Translations under genes and position numbers: made by a program
Source of the DNA: Azolla caroliniana
Lineage: Eukaryota; Plantae; Polypodiophyta
Reading direction: 5' to 3'
DNA: 64,000 bases
NCBI GenBank assembly: GCA_043228905.1
Contig: JBHGNT010000021.1
Span: 6,820,001 to 6,884,000 of the forward strand
The notes under the pieces: model-generated
What the model was told of the DNA's origin: nothing
Seen by the model: the letters and a program-made list of their open reading frames with translations, nothing else
The model's database searches: none
In this document: one piece after another, positions 33,704 through 44,600 of the stretch
How the letters are laid out: every line of letters starts with the position of its first letter
Position numbering within the stretch: the stretch's first letter is position 1

Positions 33704-33987
33704 CGCGAGAGAGGAAGAGGACGACGCCTCTGTGTATTTTCCGCCGCCTGTGGCGAGGACAGCGAGCTCAAGGTCGTCGCCTTGCAGCTCGCCATTGTAT
33801 ACTTCTCTTTGTATAGTGTTGGTTTGGAGTCTTGTACTCCCGTGGTTTTTCCCATCTAGGGTTTTCCACGTTAATCCCTGTGTATTCGTGTGTTTCTCTC
33901 TTTGGTTCCTATTTTCTGCTGCATTGATTCGCGATTACTCGGTTGTGGCCGAGCGGTGAAGGTGAATCGAAGCGTCGATTCCCAACA
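28634..33987 (+). mobile_element. intact young Ty1/copia retrotransposon (copia A)
   Basis: LTRs 28634-29252 and 33367-33987 differ by one visible substitution and one AG unit; TSD GAACT (28629-28633 / 33988-33992); PBS TGGTATCAGAGC 29256-29267 (tRNA-iMet); PPT GTGAAGGGGGAG. Confidence 0.97.
29283..33356 (+). CDS. gag-pol: copia Gag-Pol polyprotein (Gag, CCHC, PR, INT, RT, RNaseH)
   Basis: Uninterrupted frame: CFHCGKPGHFRKNC, WVVDSGAS, LWHKRLCH, RADNGGEY, LYVDDML, TDSD, NGSDMLTK. Confidence 0.96.
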   Translation: MEGGGSGQPGMMVLNAQNYADWKIKMEDLLIVRDLYEPIDRSEIPKGVLESEWKLLNRKAVATIRQYVDVSVLQHVANDTNAYEMWKKLLGLYERKNALNRTSLMRKIVNLKYRDGESMVEHVSTFMGFVNQLAAIKFPLEDAMQAIILMCTLPESWENLVVTLSTSCTEDNLSLQTVKTSILNEEARRRDKEPASDSKALLTESDRGRQWNRSPQRREKSGTRSQSRGRPTCFHCGKPGHFRKNCRHYRKDNGADDTDSKKSPERNGAYRGATDRRGSDRRGQDRKGTTALAASEEEIMLITEEGELNIAGDETTWVVDSGASFHLTPERRYFSSYTAGEHGCVRMGNEGTCRIAGIGDVWLTTPTGCKMLLKDVRHVPEVRLNLISAGRLDDEGYTGSIRNGVMKFSKGSLIVARARKDNTLYLMNARLCPEELNVAADTAGELWHKRLCHMSEKGMKRLAEDNLIPVKHVHLEKCTDCLAGKQNRTSFHSRPPTRRSAPLELVHTDVCQVETKSHGGAQYFVTFIDDHSRKLWTAPLKTKDQVLCVFKELHARVERESGKKLKAIRADNGGEYRGQFQEYCRSKGIRLEFTVPKTPELNGLAERMNRTIMERVRSMLAHAKLPKGFWAEAMSTATYVINRSPSVPLDGDTPQNVWTGKEVSYRHLKVFGCLAYMHVAKDRRGKLDPKTRPCIFLGYGDDEFGYRVWDPVDKKIFRSRDIIFMEDKTLADWESEKKMKSSKSTGEDQLYEEQSRPARDRLALEDPAEDGEETEPAEEDENDTGTGPDPEMDSDEEESEEPITEAPERRYPLRERRAPRRFPEPEHVLLTDEGEPESFEEAKHDTQSRRWLSAMQDEMDSLHENHTYELVELPKGKRALRNKWVFKLKPGDAGNPPRYKARIVVKGFQQKKGVDFDEIFAPVVKMTSIRTVLSIAASMDLEVEQMDVKTAFLHGDLDEEIYMQQPEGFEKKGKEHLVCRLKKSLYGLKQAPRQWYRKFDSFMTDEGYLKTQSDHCVFVKKFEGGDFLILLLYVDDMLIVGRDQVKIRMLKKALHRTFSMKDLGPARQILGMHIIRDRKKKQLWLSQEKYVTKVLHRFNMSEARPVGSTLPANCKLSSKQSPKTKAEKEDMMKVPYASAVGSLMYAMVCTRPDIGYAVGVVSRYMSNPGKEHWNAAKWILRYLKGTANVCLRFGSGKPELDGFTDSDMSADADTSRSTSGYVMTYAGGTVSWQSRLQKTVALSTTEAEYMAAVEAGKEIIWMKDFIRELGIRQEEYRLYCDSQSAIHLAKNAAYHSRTKHIQRRYRWIRERIEDKEFVLTKIHTDENGSDMLTKVLTPDKLEACRKRIGLERHPMPK

Positions 33988-33992
33988 GAACT

Positions 33993-34422
33993 CAAGGATG
34001 AAAATATTGTAAACACTACCTTTGAGGAGGACAAAATGCGTCAAGCTCAATGCCTAAATGTACGAGTTACTGGGCTCAAGGAATGGGTATCTCCCGACAA
34101 AAATGCACAAACATTAGGGAAAATGTTGGGGTACGAAGCCCTACCAATCACTAAAACTTGGAGGGTAGGACGTGACACCATTAGGAAAAGAGCTTTAGTC
34201 CTTCAGTTTAAGGACTCGGAATCTAGAATTGTCTTTTTTAAAAAGAGACCAATTCTTCGAGGATTGGGTGGGGACCCTATCTACCTTGATGAAGACCTGA
34301 CCAAGATGCAAATTCAGTATCGTAAAACTTGTATGCCACGAGTCATACAAGCTCGTAAAGAGGGGCATCGTGCTTTTTACCCAGACGGATGTGTGATAAT
34401 AAATTATCATGCCGCCAATTGA
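33993..34422 (+). pseudogene. LINE ORF1 C-terminal part
   Basis: LNVRVTGLKE..RALVLQF..IYLDEDLTKMQ..ARKEGHRAF, typical of the LINE ORF1 RRM/CTD region. Confidence 0.75.
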
Positions 34423-34428
34423 CGGCGT

Positions 34429-35068
34429 GTGGCTCATGTGACAAATAATAAACTTAGGATGAATTTATGGAACTGTAACGGAGCACTTTGGACACACCCT
34501 GGCCATCTAGAGGAGATTTTGAAGGTATCTGATATACTCTTTTTAGTAGAAACACATCACAGTCCAAATCGAGGACTGCCACGAGTTGACGGTTTTCGTT
34601 GGGAATCTATCTTTAGACAAACCTCACGTCAACACACTACTAGAGGGTTTGGAGGGGTTGCGATATTATTTTGGAGAGAGATACGTAATAGCATAGAAAT
34701 ACTAAAGACAAACCTCGAAGCCCATTTTAAGTGGGTGAAAGTCCTCACTAGCAAGGATCAAGTGATATTTATCGTCGTTTGTTACTTCCCCCCGAAAGGA
34801 TCCCGATATAATATGGCTGGAGAGGCGAGTATAGTTGATGAAGGAATGCCACATGGGCCTTCTCCATACGAACCTTTATAGGATGACAGAATCCGATATT
34901 CTTCTCAAGGGGAAGTCTTCCTTGTAGGAGATTTCAATGCGAGAACCCAATCCCGACAATGTACAATATTTCAGATGGATAGAAACCTAGAAATGGTGAA
35001 TGTCGACCCTTAAGCCTTAGGCATAACACGTACATCAAAGGATCAAGGTGCGTATGCCACAAGCTTTG
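34429..35068 (+). pseudogene. LINE ORF2 apurinic-type endonuclease, 5' part
   Basis: LWNCNG, LFLVETH, GGVAIL, CYFPP, LVGDFNART; in-frame stop at 34881. Confidence 0.85.
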
Positions 35069-35104
35069 TGTTAGGAAACAGGTCCCTCCGAATGGGAAGT
35101 GAGA

Positions 35105-35275
35105 AAAACCAGATGACGAGTACCCGGCAAGGAAGACCCAATGAAAACTGGATGTGGAGTACCCGGCAACGGAAGACCCGGTGAGAACCGGATGACGAGT
35201 ACCCGGCAATGGAAGACCCGGTGAGAATCGGATGACGAGTACCCGGCAAGGAAGACCCGGTGAGAACCGGATGTT
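35105..35275 (+). repeat. about 40-bp tandem repeats in the copia B LTR U3 (also 45415-45565)
   Basis: Unit CCGGATGACGAGTACCCGGCAATGGAAGACCCGGTGAGAA, about 4 copies. Confidence 0.85.
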
Positions 35276-35450
35276 GCAGGCTTGGTGAGAACCTCTCATC
35301 GCATGGAAGGGACATATATGTAAATATGTTCCAGAGAGCCCACTAGGGCTATATTTGTAAATAGCCCGAAAGTCATATTAGTATAAATATGACCTAGGAC
35401 AAACTTAATATGATGATGATAGAGTTATTGGTGTAACTTCTCTACAATGC

Positions 35451-35490
<40 letters not shown>

Positions 35491-36152
35491 TATACAGAGA
35501 TTGTGTCTCTGTTGTAACCGCCGCAAGGCGAAGATTCTGAGCAAGAGGTCGTTGCCTCTGTGCTCCCTATTGTATTACTTTACATAGTGATAGTTTGGAG
35601 TCTGTGGACTCCCGTGGTTTTTCCCTTTTAGGGGTTTCCACGTTAATATCCTGCGTATTCTCTTTTTGTTTTGTGTACTTACCTCCATTCCCATTTCGTC
35701 TGTGTTTTTTTTATTATCATCAAGTGATCTATGCTTCAGTTGTGGCCGGAGATTAATCCGCATATTTCGCGTCAAACTGGTATCAGAGCGAAACGACACA
35801 AAAAAATGGACAATTCGTTGGGAGGCATGTTCAAGCTCACCGGCTCCAACTATTCCGTGTGGAAGTCGAAGATGAGGGATATGCTCGTGGTTAAAGATCT
35901 TTGGTTGCCGGTTCAGTTCGAGGACAAGAGACCGACAAAATCGATGCCACGATATGGGAGGTGATGCACATGAAGACAACAGCGCACATACGGTGCTTCA
36001 TTGACATGAGTCTATACAACAACTTCAATGAAGAGAGCAAGGCTCATGAGCTCTGGGAGAAGATCGACATTATGTTTCAGAACAAAAATATTGTTAATCA
36101 GGTTTCGGTATTTCGGAAGCTAGTAACACTCTGGTACCAAGATGGCTCCAGC

Positions 36153-36237
36153 TGTTGAAGACAAGGTCGTCTATGCGGAAGATCAAGAAGCATTCGATTA
36201 GGTTTGAATACCTGCGTATGACAGTTTCTAGGTCGTT

Positions 36238-36286
<49 letters not shown>

Positions 36287-39200
36287 AAAATACTTTCTAT
36301 TTCCCAAAGCAATAATACAACACCCAACCTTACAAAAAGGTTACAAGGTCACTATATATAGTGACCGACTTAGGGCAACTACCCTTTATGCTAATTACAC
36401 AAATGCCCCAAACTTGGGCTATACAAAGGGATAGTGTGAATACGTCCATTATACACTTGTATTCGACACTCCCCCGTAATGGGCGTATACATGGGTTATC
36501 TAAGATTACAGGTATAAACCTAGGTTCTCGGACATATCAGTTTTTGTTCGAGTCGGCAGGGTCCGAAGGCAGAAGACCGAACTGGTCGAGTCCGAAGAGT
36601 TGAAGCCGATCATTAAGGAACTGATGTTGGTTGTCCGAAACCATCCTGTGCTGTGTCCGGCTCTAACCGGACTGGTTTGTCGTTACGCCCATCTGATGCC
36701 GAAGGGACCGAAAGCGGTCTGCCGAAAGACACTTGGTCATTCCATCTGCGACATTGTCGGTTGTGGATATTTTCTCTAGACCGATTTTCCCTGAAATGAC
36801 GCAGTCCCGAACGAAGTGATATCGAACGTCGATATGTTTGGAGGCGTTGTGGTGAACCGGATTTTTCGACAAGGCAACAGCACCTTGACTGTCGCTGTAG
36901 ACAACTGGGGCCGAGTCATGGTTGACTTGTCGAAACGTGTGCGCCAGCCGACCGAGCCACAAAGCTTCTTTTGCTGCGTCGGACGCAGCTACATATTCTG
37001 CTTCGGTCGTTGAGGTTGCTGTGCACTCCTGAAGTTTCGACTTCCACGAGATTGCTCCATTGCCGAATTTGAAGCAGTATCCGGTTGTTGATTTCCGACT
37101 GTATATACAGCCGGCGAAGTCCGAGTCGGTGTAACCGACTACGCCTGAGGTTCGGTTCGGACCGAAAAGAATGTCGTGGTCTTTTGTGCCAGCCAGATAT
37201 CTGAACACATGCTTGACTGCGTTCCAATGCGATCGGCCAGGATTGTGCATAAATCTGCTAACGACTCCTACGGCATGAGAGATATCAGGCCGTGTCACGA
37301 CCATCAGGTACATAAGGGAGCCGACTGCCGGTGCATACGGTACCGACTTCATATCTTCCCCCTCCGGACCGGATGTCGGGCAGTCTCGCTGAGAGAGCCG
37401 AAGATTCATGGGGAGCGGGGTTGAAGCAGATTTGGCTGATTGCATGTTGAAGCGTTCCAAGACACGTCCGATATAGTCGGTCTGAGACAAAAAAAGATGT
37501 CGTTTATCGCGATGCCGACTAATCTTCATGCCAAGGATGTGTCGTGCCGGACCGAGGTCCTTCATGGCAAACTTCAACCGCAGTTGCCGAATGAGATCGG
37601 CAAGTTCGCCCGCGTGGCGTCCAGAAATTAGCATGTCGTCCACGTAAATGATGAGGAAGATGGGTGATCCATCTTGAGCTGTGTTGGTGAAAAGACAATG
37701 GTCCTCATCGCTTTTTGAGAAGCCGATCGATTGGATGAAGTCGTCGAACTTCTTGTACCATTGTCGCGGTGCCTGTTTGAGGCCGTATAGACTCTTCCTG
37801 AGTCGGCAGACTAGATGTTCTTGGCCAGTTGCCACGAAGCCTTTGGGCTGCTCCATATAAATTTCCTCTTCAAGATCACCATGGAGGAAGGCTGTTTTGA
37901 CATCTAGCTGAATCAACTCCAAGTTGTCGGCTGCCACTACGCCGAGTAGAAAACGAAGGGTTGTCATTTTCACCACTGGTGAAAAAATCTCGTCGAAGTC
38001 GACGCCATATTCTTGTCGGAAGCCCTTCGCAACTAATCTGGCCTTGTACTTTGGGGTGGTCGAATCAGACGTCTCTTTTAGTCGATAAACCCACTTGCAA
38101 GGAAGAGCACGTCGGTTCCTAGGTAATTCGACCAGATCCCAAGTCTTGTTTGCCCGAATGGAGTGCATTTCCGACTCCATCGCCAGATGCCAGGTGGCTG
38201 AATCGACAGAAGTCGATGCTTCTTCGTAAGACGTCGGTTCGCCGGCGTCGGTGAAGAAAATTCCAGGAGAATACCTCTCCGGAGGTTGCGACAGTCTCTC
38301 GGATCGTCGAGGTATGATTGGACTGGTCGCATCGGGTATCGTGGTCGGATGGTCCGAAAGCGGATTGTTCTGTTGTGCCGAGTCGGGGTTGTCCGAGTCG
38401 GTAGTGTAAGGTTCAGCTACCCGTGAAGCTGACCGTGTGTTGAGAGCGGGGCCTTCTTGAAGGGTCGGCACATCGGAAAATGTTACCCTTCGGACTTCGA
38501 TCGGTTTTTCGACTGATGGATTCATAGCCGACTCGTTGAACACAACGTCCGAACTTCGAACGATTTGTCTGCGTTCGGGGTCCCAGAGTCGGTATCCCAT
38601 TTCGCCGTCGGATCCATATCCAAGGAAGATGCATTTCCTGGACCGAGGTGCAAGTTTTCGGCGATCATCTTTCGGAATGAGGGCGTACGCCTCGCATCCG
38701 AAGATCCTCAGCTTGTCGTAATTCGGCTTATTGCCGATCCATAGTTCCTGAGGAATTTGAAGTCCTAGAGGTCTACTTGGCGACATATTGATTATGTGTA
38801 CTGCCGTGAGTAGAGCCTCTGCCCAGAAGCCATCCGACAGTCCGGAGTGTTGGAGCATGGAAACTATCCGTTCTTGGATTGTCCGATTCATTCGTTCTGC
38901 AATCCCGTTTTGCTCCGGACTGTGTGGTGCCGTAAATTCACGTCGGATGCCGCGTTGTCGGCAGAATTTGACGAATTCTTCTGATTTGAACTCTCCCCCA
39001 TTGTCTGTCCGAAAGCATTTCAGTTTTTGGTCGGTTTGATTTTCTACCATAGCGAGCCAATCGGAGAAGATCGAGAAGACACGATCTTTGGTGCGAATTG
39101 GATACGCCCACACCTTTCGAGTCGAATCGTCAATAAAACTGACGAAGTAAGAGGCACCACCAAGAGACTGATGCGGCATTGGGCCACAGACGTCCGAGTG

Positions 39201-41442
39201 GACTAAATCGAGGGGTCTCGTTTCTTTTGGTGCTGATGTCGGGTGTGATGTGGCTGCTTGTTTGCCATACTGGCAATGTTCGCAGAATTGATGGTCGGAG
39301 AAGGAGAGTTTAGGGATGTATCCGGCTCTAGATAGGTGCGTGATGCCGGCCTTGCTGAGGTGTCCTAATCTTCTGTGCCATAGTGATGACACAGGAATAT
39401 CCACCAAAAACAGGTTACCCTCTCTGAGCGTAACATGTAACGGATACAGGGAGTGTATCTTGGGTCCTCTAGCAAGCAGAAGGTTCCCCATGTGGAGTGT
39501 CCACCCTCCCGAAGAAAAACCGGCACGAATGCCGTCTTCATCTAGTTGTCCGACTGAGATCAATGGCCTTGAGAGCTCGGGTACATGTCGGACATTGTGG
39601 AGTACAAGTGTAGAGCCACCTGCAAGGTTGAGCTCTACTGTGCCGATTCCGATGATGTCACAGTGTTGTGAGTTGCCGACTCGAACTGAGTCGGAGTGAC
39701 GGATCGTATATTGCCGAAATTGGGATCGATGAGGAGTCACGTGAAATGACGCGCCCGAATCTAAGAGCCATGTGCTCGATTCTTCAGTCGTGAGTAGAAC
39801 TTCTGATCCGACTGGATTTTCGATTGATAGTATATTCGGGTCGTCTGGTAGCACATCAGCTGAGAAGCTGACGTAATTGATCTCCTCATGCCGGCCACTC
39901 TTCTTGTTGTTCTTGTTCTTGAGTGCGCGGCAGTCGGCTTTGATGTGTCCGGGTTTCTTGCAATAGTTGCAGATTCGGTTATCCCGTGACTGGCTCCGTC
40001 TTCGCTGATTGTTCGGCGGCCGTGAGGAATCTCTTCCTCGTATGTTCGATCGGTCTGTCGAACCTTGTACTACATAAGCGTCGTCTGTTGAGTCTTTGGC
40101 GAAAGACTTTCTCCGAGCTGCTTCGGTCAGGATTGCGCTCGTGACTTCGGAGTATTTAACAGCTGTGGTTGACGCGTTGCACACGGTTGTGACGAAAGTT
40201 TCCCATGATGAGGGAAGGCTGCTCATGAGTATCATTGCTCTGAGCTCATCCTCGATTGCCGTCCCCTGTGACGAGATTTGGGAGCTTATGCTTTCGTACT
40301 CATTGAGGTGTGCTTGAACCGAGTCGGATTCTTTCATCCGCAAGTTGTAGAGGCGCCGGATCAGAAACATCTTCGTTGCGGCGACCTTCTTTTCGTAAGT
40401 GTCCGACAGTGTTTTCCACAGTTCGAATGCTGTCGTACACGATTGCACCGTAAAGTATACCGATTCCGATAGGTGCATCCGAATCGTGGCGCGGACGATT
40501 CTGTCCAGCTTCTGCCACTCAGTTGGTTTGTATCCTTCTGGAGGTTCTTCATTTTCGATGGGATCGATTTGCCCCTTGACTATGAGATAGTCCTGCATTT
40601 GCTCCTTCCAGAAGTTGAAGTTCGATCCATCGAACTTTCGTAGACTCATTTCTGACGAGCCGGATGTTGATGCCATCAAATTCGGTTTCGGTTGGCGAAG
40701 CTCGGTTCGGAGTTGACTACGAACCTTGTTGGAGTGCAGCCGGTTGGCTCACCCGATATCGTTCTAGTCGGATTTGAACCCGAGTCGGTTCGGCTTCGGA
40801 ACTTGCTCGAATTGACTCCGGTAGCTTGAGGGACAGAACCGACTGGTCTTCCCGAATGTTGCCGAGTCGGAGTGAGCCCGGTTCGCTTCGGATATATATG
40901 CCGAATACCGATTATTGAAACCGATTATCTGGACCGATTCTGCTTCGGTTGACTGCAGCAACGAGAGAGACGGATCCAACTGATCCTCCCGAATGTCGAT
41001 CAGCCAGATGAAGCACGAATTTGGGTTGTTGTCTTGAGACCGATCTGCACCGAGTGGTTACAATGAGCGGCGAGCAGCGTTTGATGACCTCTTCGGATGC
41101 CGTTTAACCGAATGGAGCACGATCGTGTCAATGTTGCACAAGGGGATTTCACCTCGAGCGGTTACGATCACAAGGGACAGAGTACAACCTGCTGGCTTAC
41201 TCCAAGCGAAGATGATCTAATGCGATGAGATGCAAACCTCGTTTTTCTTCTTCTTCTCTCTTCTTCGAATGACGCAAGAAACCGAATGCTGTGCAGGCTG
41301 AGACGACGGCCGACAGCGGGATGAAGGACCGAATACTGTGCAGGCTCTGATACCAGATGTTGAAGACAAGGTCGTCTATGCGGAAGATCAAGAAGCATTC
41401 GATTAGGTTTGAATACCTGCGTATGACAGTTTCTAGGTCGTT

Positions 41443-41484
<42 letters not shown>

Positions 41485-41667
41485 AAAAATACTTTCTATT
41501 TCCCAAAGCAATAATACAACACCCAACCTTACAAAAAGGTTACAAGGTCACTATATATAGTGACCGACTTAGGGCAACTACCCTTTATGCTAATTACACA
41601 AATGCCCCAAACTTGGGCTATACAAAGGGATAGTGTGAATACGTCCATTATACACTTGTATTCGACA
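36153..41667 (-). mobile_element. intact young Ty1/copia retrotransposon (copia C) nested in the copia B gag
   Basis: LTRs 36153-36468 and 41358-41667 nearly identical apart from (AG)n length; TSD CCAGC (36148-36152 / 41668-41672); PBS-Met 41344-41355; PPT ACGGGGGAG. Confidence 0.97.
36663..40679 (-). CDS. gag-pol: copia Gag-Pol polyprotein, 1338 aa
   Basis: CNYCKKPGHIKADC, WLLDSGAS, LWHRRLGH, RTDNGGEF, IYVDDML, YTDSD, NVADGMTK; no interruptions. Confidence 0.96.
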   Translation of the reverse strand: MMASTSGSSEMSLRKFDGSNFNFWKEQMQDYLIVKGQIDPIENEEPPEGYKPTEWQKLDRIVRATIRMHLSESVYFTVQSCTTAFELWKTLSDTYEKKVAATKMFLIRRLYNLRMKESDSVQAHLNEYESISSQISSQGTAIEDELRAMILMSSLPSSWETFVTTVCNASTTAVKYSEVTSAILTEAARRKSFAKDSTDDAYVVQGSTDRSNIRGRDSSRPPNNQRRRSQSRDNRICNYCKKPGHIKADCRALKNKNNKKSGRHEEINYVSFSADVLPDDPNILSIENPVGSEVLLTTEESSTWLLDSGASFHVTPHRSQFRQYTIRHSDSVRVGNSQHCDIIGIGTVELNLAGGSTLVLHNVRHVPELSRPLISVGQLDEDGIRAGFSSGGWTLHMGNLLLARGPKIHSLYPLHVTLREGNLFLVDIPVSSLWHRRLGHLSKAGITHLSRAGYIPKLSFSDHQFCEHCQYGKQAATSHPTSAPKETRPLDLVHSDVCGPMPHQSLGGASYFVSFIDDSTRKVWAYPIRTKDRVFSIFSDWLAMVENQTDQKLKCFRTDNGGEFKSEEFVKFCRQRGIRREFTAPHSPEQNGIAERMNRTIQERIVSMLQHSGLSDGFWAEALLTAVHIINMSPSRPLGLQIPQELWIGNKPNYDKLRIFGCEAYALIPKDDRRKLAPRSRKCIFLGYGSDGEMGYRLWDPERRQIVRSSDVVFNESAMNPSVEKPIEVRRVTFSDVPTLQEGPALNTRSASRVAEPYTTDSDNPDSAQQNNPLSDHPTTIPDATSPIIPRRSERLSQPPERYSPGIFFTDAGEPTSYEEASTSVDSATWHLAMESEMHSIRANKTWDLVELPRNRRALPCKWVYRLKETSDSTTPKYKARLVAKGFRQEYGVDFDEIFSPVVKMTTLRFLLGVVAADNLELIQLDVKTAFLHGDLEEEIYMEQPKGFVATGQEHLVCRLRKSLYGLKQAPRQWYKKFDDFIQSIGFSKSDEDHCLFTNTAQDGSPIFLIIYVDDMLISGRHAGELADLIRQLRLKFAMKDLGPARHILGMKISRHRDKRHLFLSQTDYIGRVLERFNMQSAKSASTPLPMNLRLSQRDCPTSGPEGEDMKSVPYAPAVGSLMYLMVVTRPDISHAVGVVSRFMHNPGRSHWNAVKHVFRYLAGTKDHDILFGPNRTSGVVGYTDSDFAGCIYSRKSTTGYCFKFGNGAISWKSKLQECTATSTTEAEYVAASDAAKEALWLGRLAHTFRQVNHDSAPVVYSDSQGAVALSKNPVHHNASKHIDVRYHFVRDCVISGKIGLEKISTTDNVADGMTKCLSADRFRSLRHQMGVTTNQSG

Positions 41668-41672
41668 CCAGC

Positions 41673-44600
41673 ATGGCGGAGCACATGAATGCCTTCCACG
41701 GGCTGATACACCAGGCAACATCATTACAAGTACCTCTCGCCGATGAGGTACTAGCACTACTCTTGCTCGGTTCCCTCCCAGATAGTTGGGAGACGTCGGT
41801 TGTCACTTTGGGCAACGCCGGGCCGAAAGGGAAACAGTTATCCCTAGCCAGGGTGAAGTCGAGCTTGCTAAATGAGGAGGCTCGTCGGAAAGACAAGGAG
41901 ACGAACTCCGACTCCAAAGCGCTCATTACCGAATCGGAACGCGGAAGACAAAGGAACCGTAGTCCCCAGAACCAGGAGAAGTCGGGGACACGGTCAAAGT
42001 CAAGGAGGAGGCCTACCTGCTTCTATTGCTGCAAGCCGGGACACTTCCAGAAGAACTGTCGGCACTTCCAAAAAGACAAGGAAACCGACGGTACCGATTC
42101 GAAGCGGACACCGGACCGGAACGGTAAAGACCGGAGGGGAACGGACCGAAAGGGAACGACGACAATCGTGGCAAGTGAAGAAGAGTTGATGCTCATCACT
42201 GAGGAGAGTGAGTTGAACCTTGCCGGTGACGAGACAACGTGGGTTGTTAATTTCGGAGCGTCATTCCACCTTACCCCGGACCGTAAATACTTCTCATCCT
42301 ACACAGCCGGTGATCACGGTTGTGTCCGGATGTGGAATGAAGGTACATACCGAATTGTCGGCATAGGAGACGTGTGGTTGACAACACCAACCGGATGCAA
42401 GTTGCTGCTAAAGGATGTCCGACACGTTCCGGAGGTTCGACTGAACCTGATATCAGTCGGTCAGCTAGACGATGAAGGCTACACGGGTAGCATCGGGGAC
42501 GGAGTCATGAAATTCAGCAAAGGGAGCTTGATAGTGGCTCGGGCCCGGAAGGTCAATACGTTGTACTTGATGAATGCCCGGTTATGCCCGGAAGAAGTGA
42601 ACGTGGCTTCCGACACTGCCGGTGAGCTGTGGCACAAGAGGTTGTGTCACATGAGTGAGAAGGGGATGAAGAGGCTTTCAGACGACAACCTCATTCCAGT
42701 GAAGAACGTGCACTTGGAGAAGTGCACTGATTGTCTGGCCGGTAAGCAAAATCGGACCTCCTTCCGACCAAGGCCACCGATGAGACATAATGCACCACTG
42801 GAGTTGGTGCATACTGATGTGTGTCAAGTGGACACGAAGTCACATGCCGGATCGCAGTACTTCGTGACGTTCATAGATAACCACAACCGGAAGCTGTGGG
42901 CCACACTGTTGAAGACGAAGGATCAAGTGCTATCCGTCTTCAAAGAACTCCATGCGAGAGTGGAAAGAGAAACCGGCCAGAAGTTGAAGGCGGTTCGAGC
43001 AGATAACGGAGGAGAATACAGGGGGCAGTTCGCGGAGTACTATCGCTCGATGGAATCCGGCTCAAATTTACCATGCCGAAGACGCCGAAACTAAACGGGT
43101 TGGCCGAGAGGATGAACCGGACCATAATGGAGAGGGTCCGGAGTATGCTTGCACATGCAAAATTACCCAAGACGTTTTGGGCTGAGGCACTGTCAATGGC
43201 GACATATGTGATAAACAGATCACCCTCAGTACCCTTGGACGGAGACACGCCACAGAGAGTATGGACCGGTAAGGAAGTGTCCTACTGGCATTTGAAGGTG
43301 TTCGGGTGTCTCGTGTACGTGCATGTAGCTAAGGACCGGAGAGGAAAGTTGGATCCAAAGACCCGGCCATGCACATTCCTCGGTTACGGCGACGATGAGT
43401 TCGCCTACCGAGTGTGGGACCTGGCCGACAAGAAGGTATTCCGGAGTCGAGATATTATCTTCATGGAGGACAAGACGCTCGCCCACTGGGAGTCGGAGAA
43501 GAAGATAATGAACTCCAAGTCGACCAGTAAGGATCGATTCTACGATGAGCAGACCCAACCGGCAAGAGACCGGTTAGCACTCGATGAACCGGCCGGTGAC
43601 GGTAAGGAGACAACACAGGCCGAAGAAGAAGGAATAGGTGAAATCGGAACTAGCCAAGACCCCGAATCGGATTCGGATGAAAAACAAATAGAGGAGCTGG
43701 TTGCGGAAAGCCAAAGACGGAGATATCCTCTCAAAGAGAGAAGGGCCCCCCAGAGATTTCCAGATGCAGAGCATGTGCTGCTAACCAATGCGGGGGAGCC
43801 AGAAAGCTTCGAGGAAGCTAAAAGTGACGCCCATAGCCGCAAATGGTTACGTGCCATGCACGATGAGATGGATTCCCTGCATGAGAACCATACGTACGAA
43901 TTGGTGGAGTTGTCGAAAGGAAAGCGGGCACTCCGAAACAAGTGGGTGTACAAGTTGAAACCGGGAGATGCCGGCAACCCCCTAAGATACAAACCCAGGA
44001 TCGTGGTGAAGGGGTTCCAGCAGAAGAAGGGCGTGGACTTCGACGAGATATTTGCCCCGATAGTAAAGATGACTTCCATCCGGACGGTGCTTATCATAGC
44101 GGCAAGCATGGACCTCGAGGTAGAGCAGCTAGACGTGACGACGGCATTCCTTCACGGTGACCTCGAAGAGGAGATCTACATGCAGCAACCGAAAGGATTC
44201 GTGAAGAAAGGGAAGGAGTACCTAATTTGTCGGTTGAAGAAGAGCCTGTACGAACTGAAGCAGGCTCCCCGACAATGGTACCGGAAGTTCGACTCCTTCA
44301 TGACCGATCAAGGGTACCACAAGACACAGGCCAATCACTGCGTGTTTGTGAAGAAGTTCGAAGGAGGCGACTTCCTGATACTCCTCCTGTATGTGGACGA
44401 CATGTTGATCGTCGGACGGGACCAAGCCAAAATACAGATGCTGAAGAAGGCTCTCAACCGAACTTTCTCAATGAAAGACTTGGGCCTAGCAAGACAGATA
44501 CTGGGGATGCACATCATCCAGGACCGGTCAAAGAAGCAATTGTGGTTGTCACAGGAGAAATACGTGACAAAGGTGCTTCAGCGGTTCAAGATGTTAGAAT

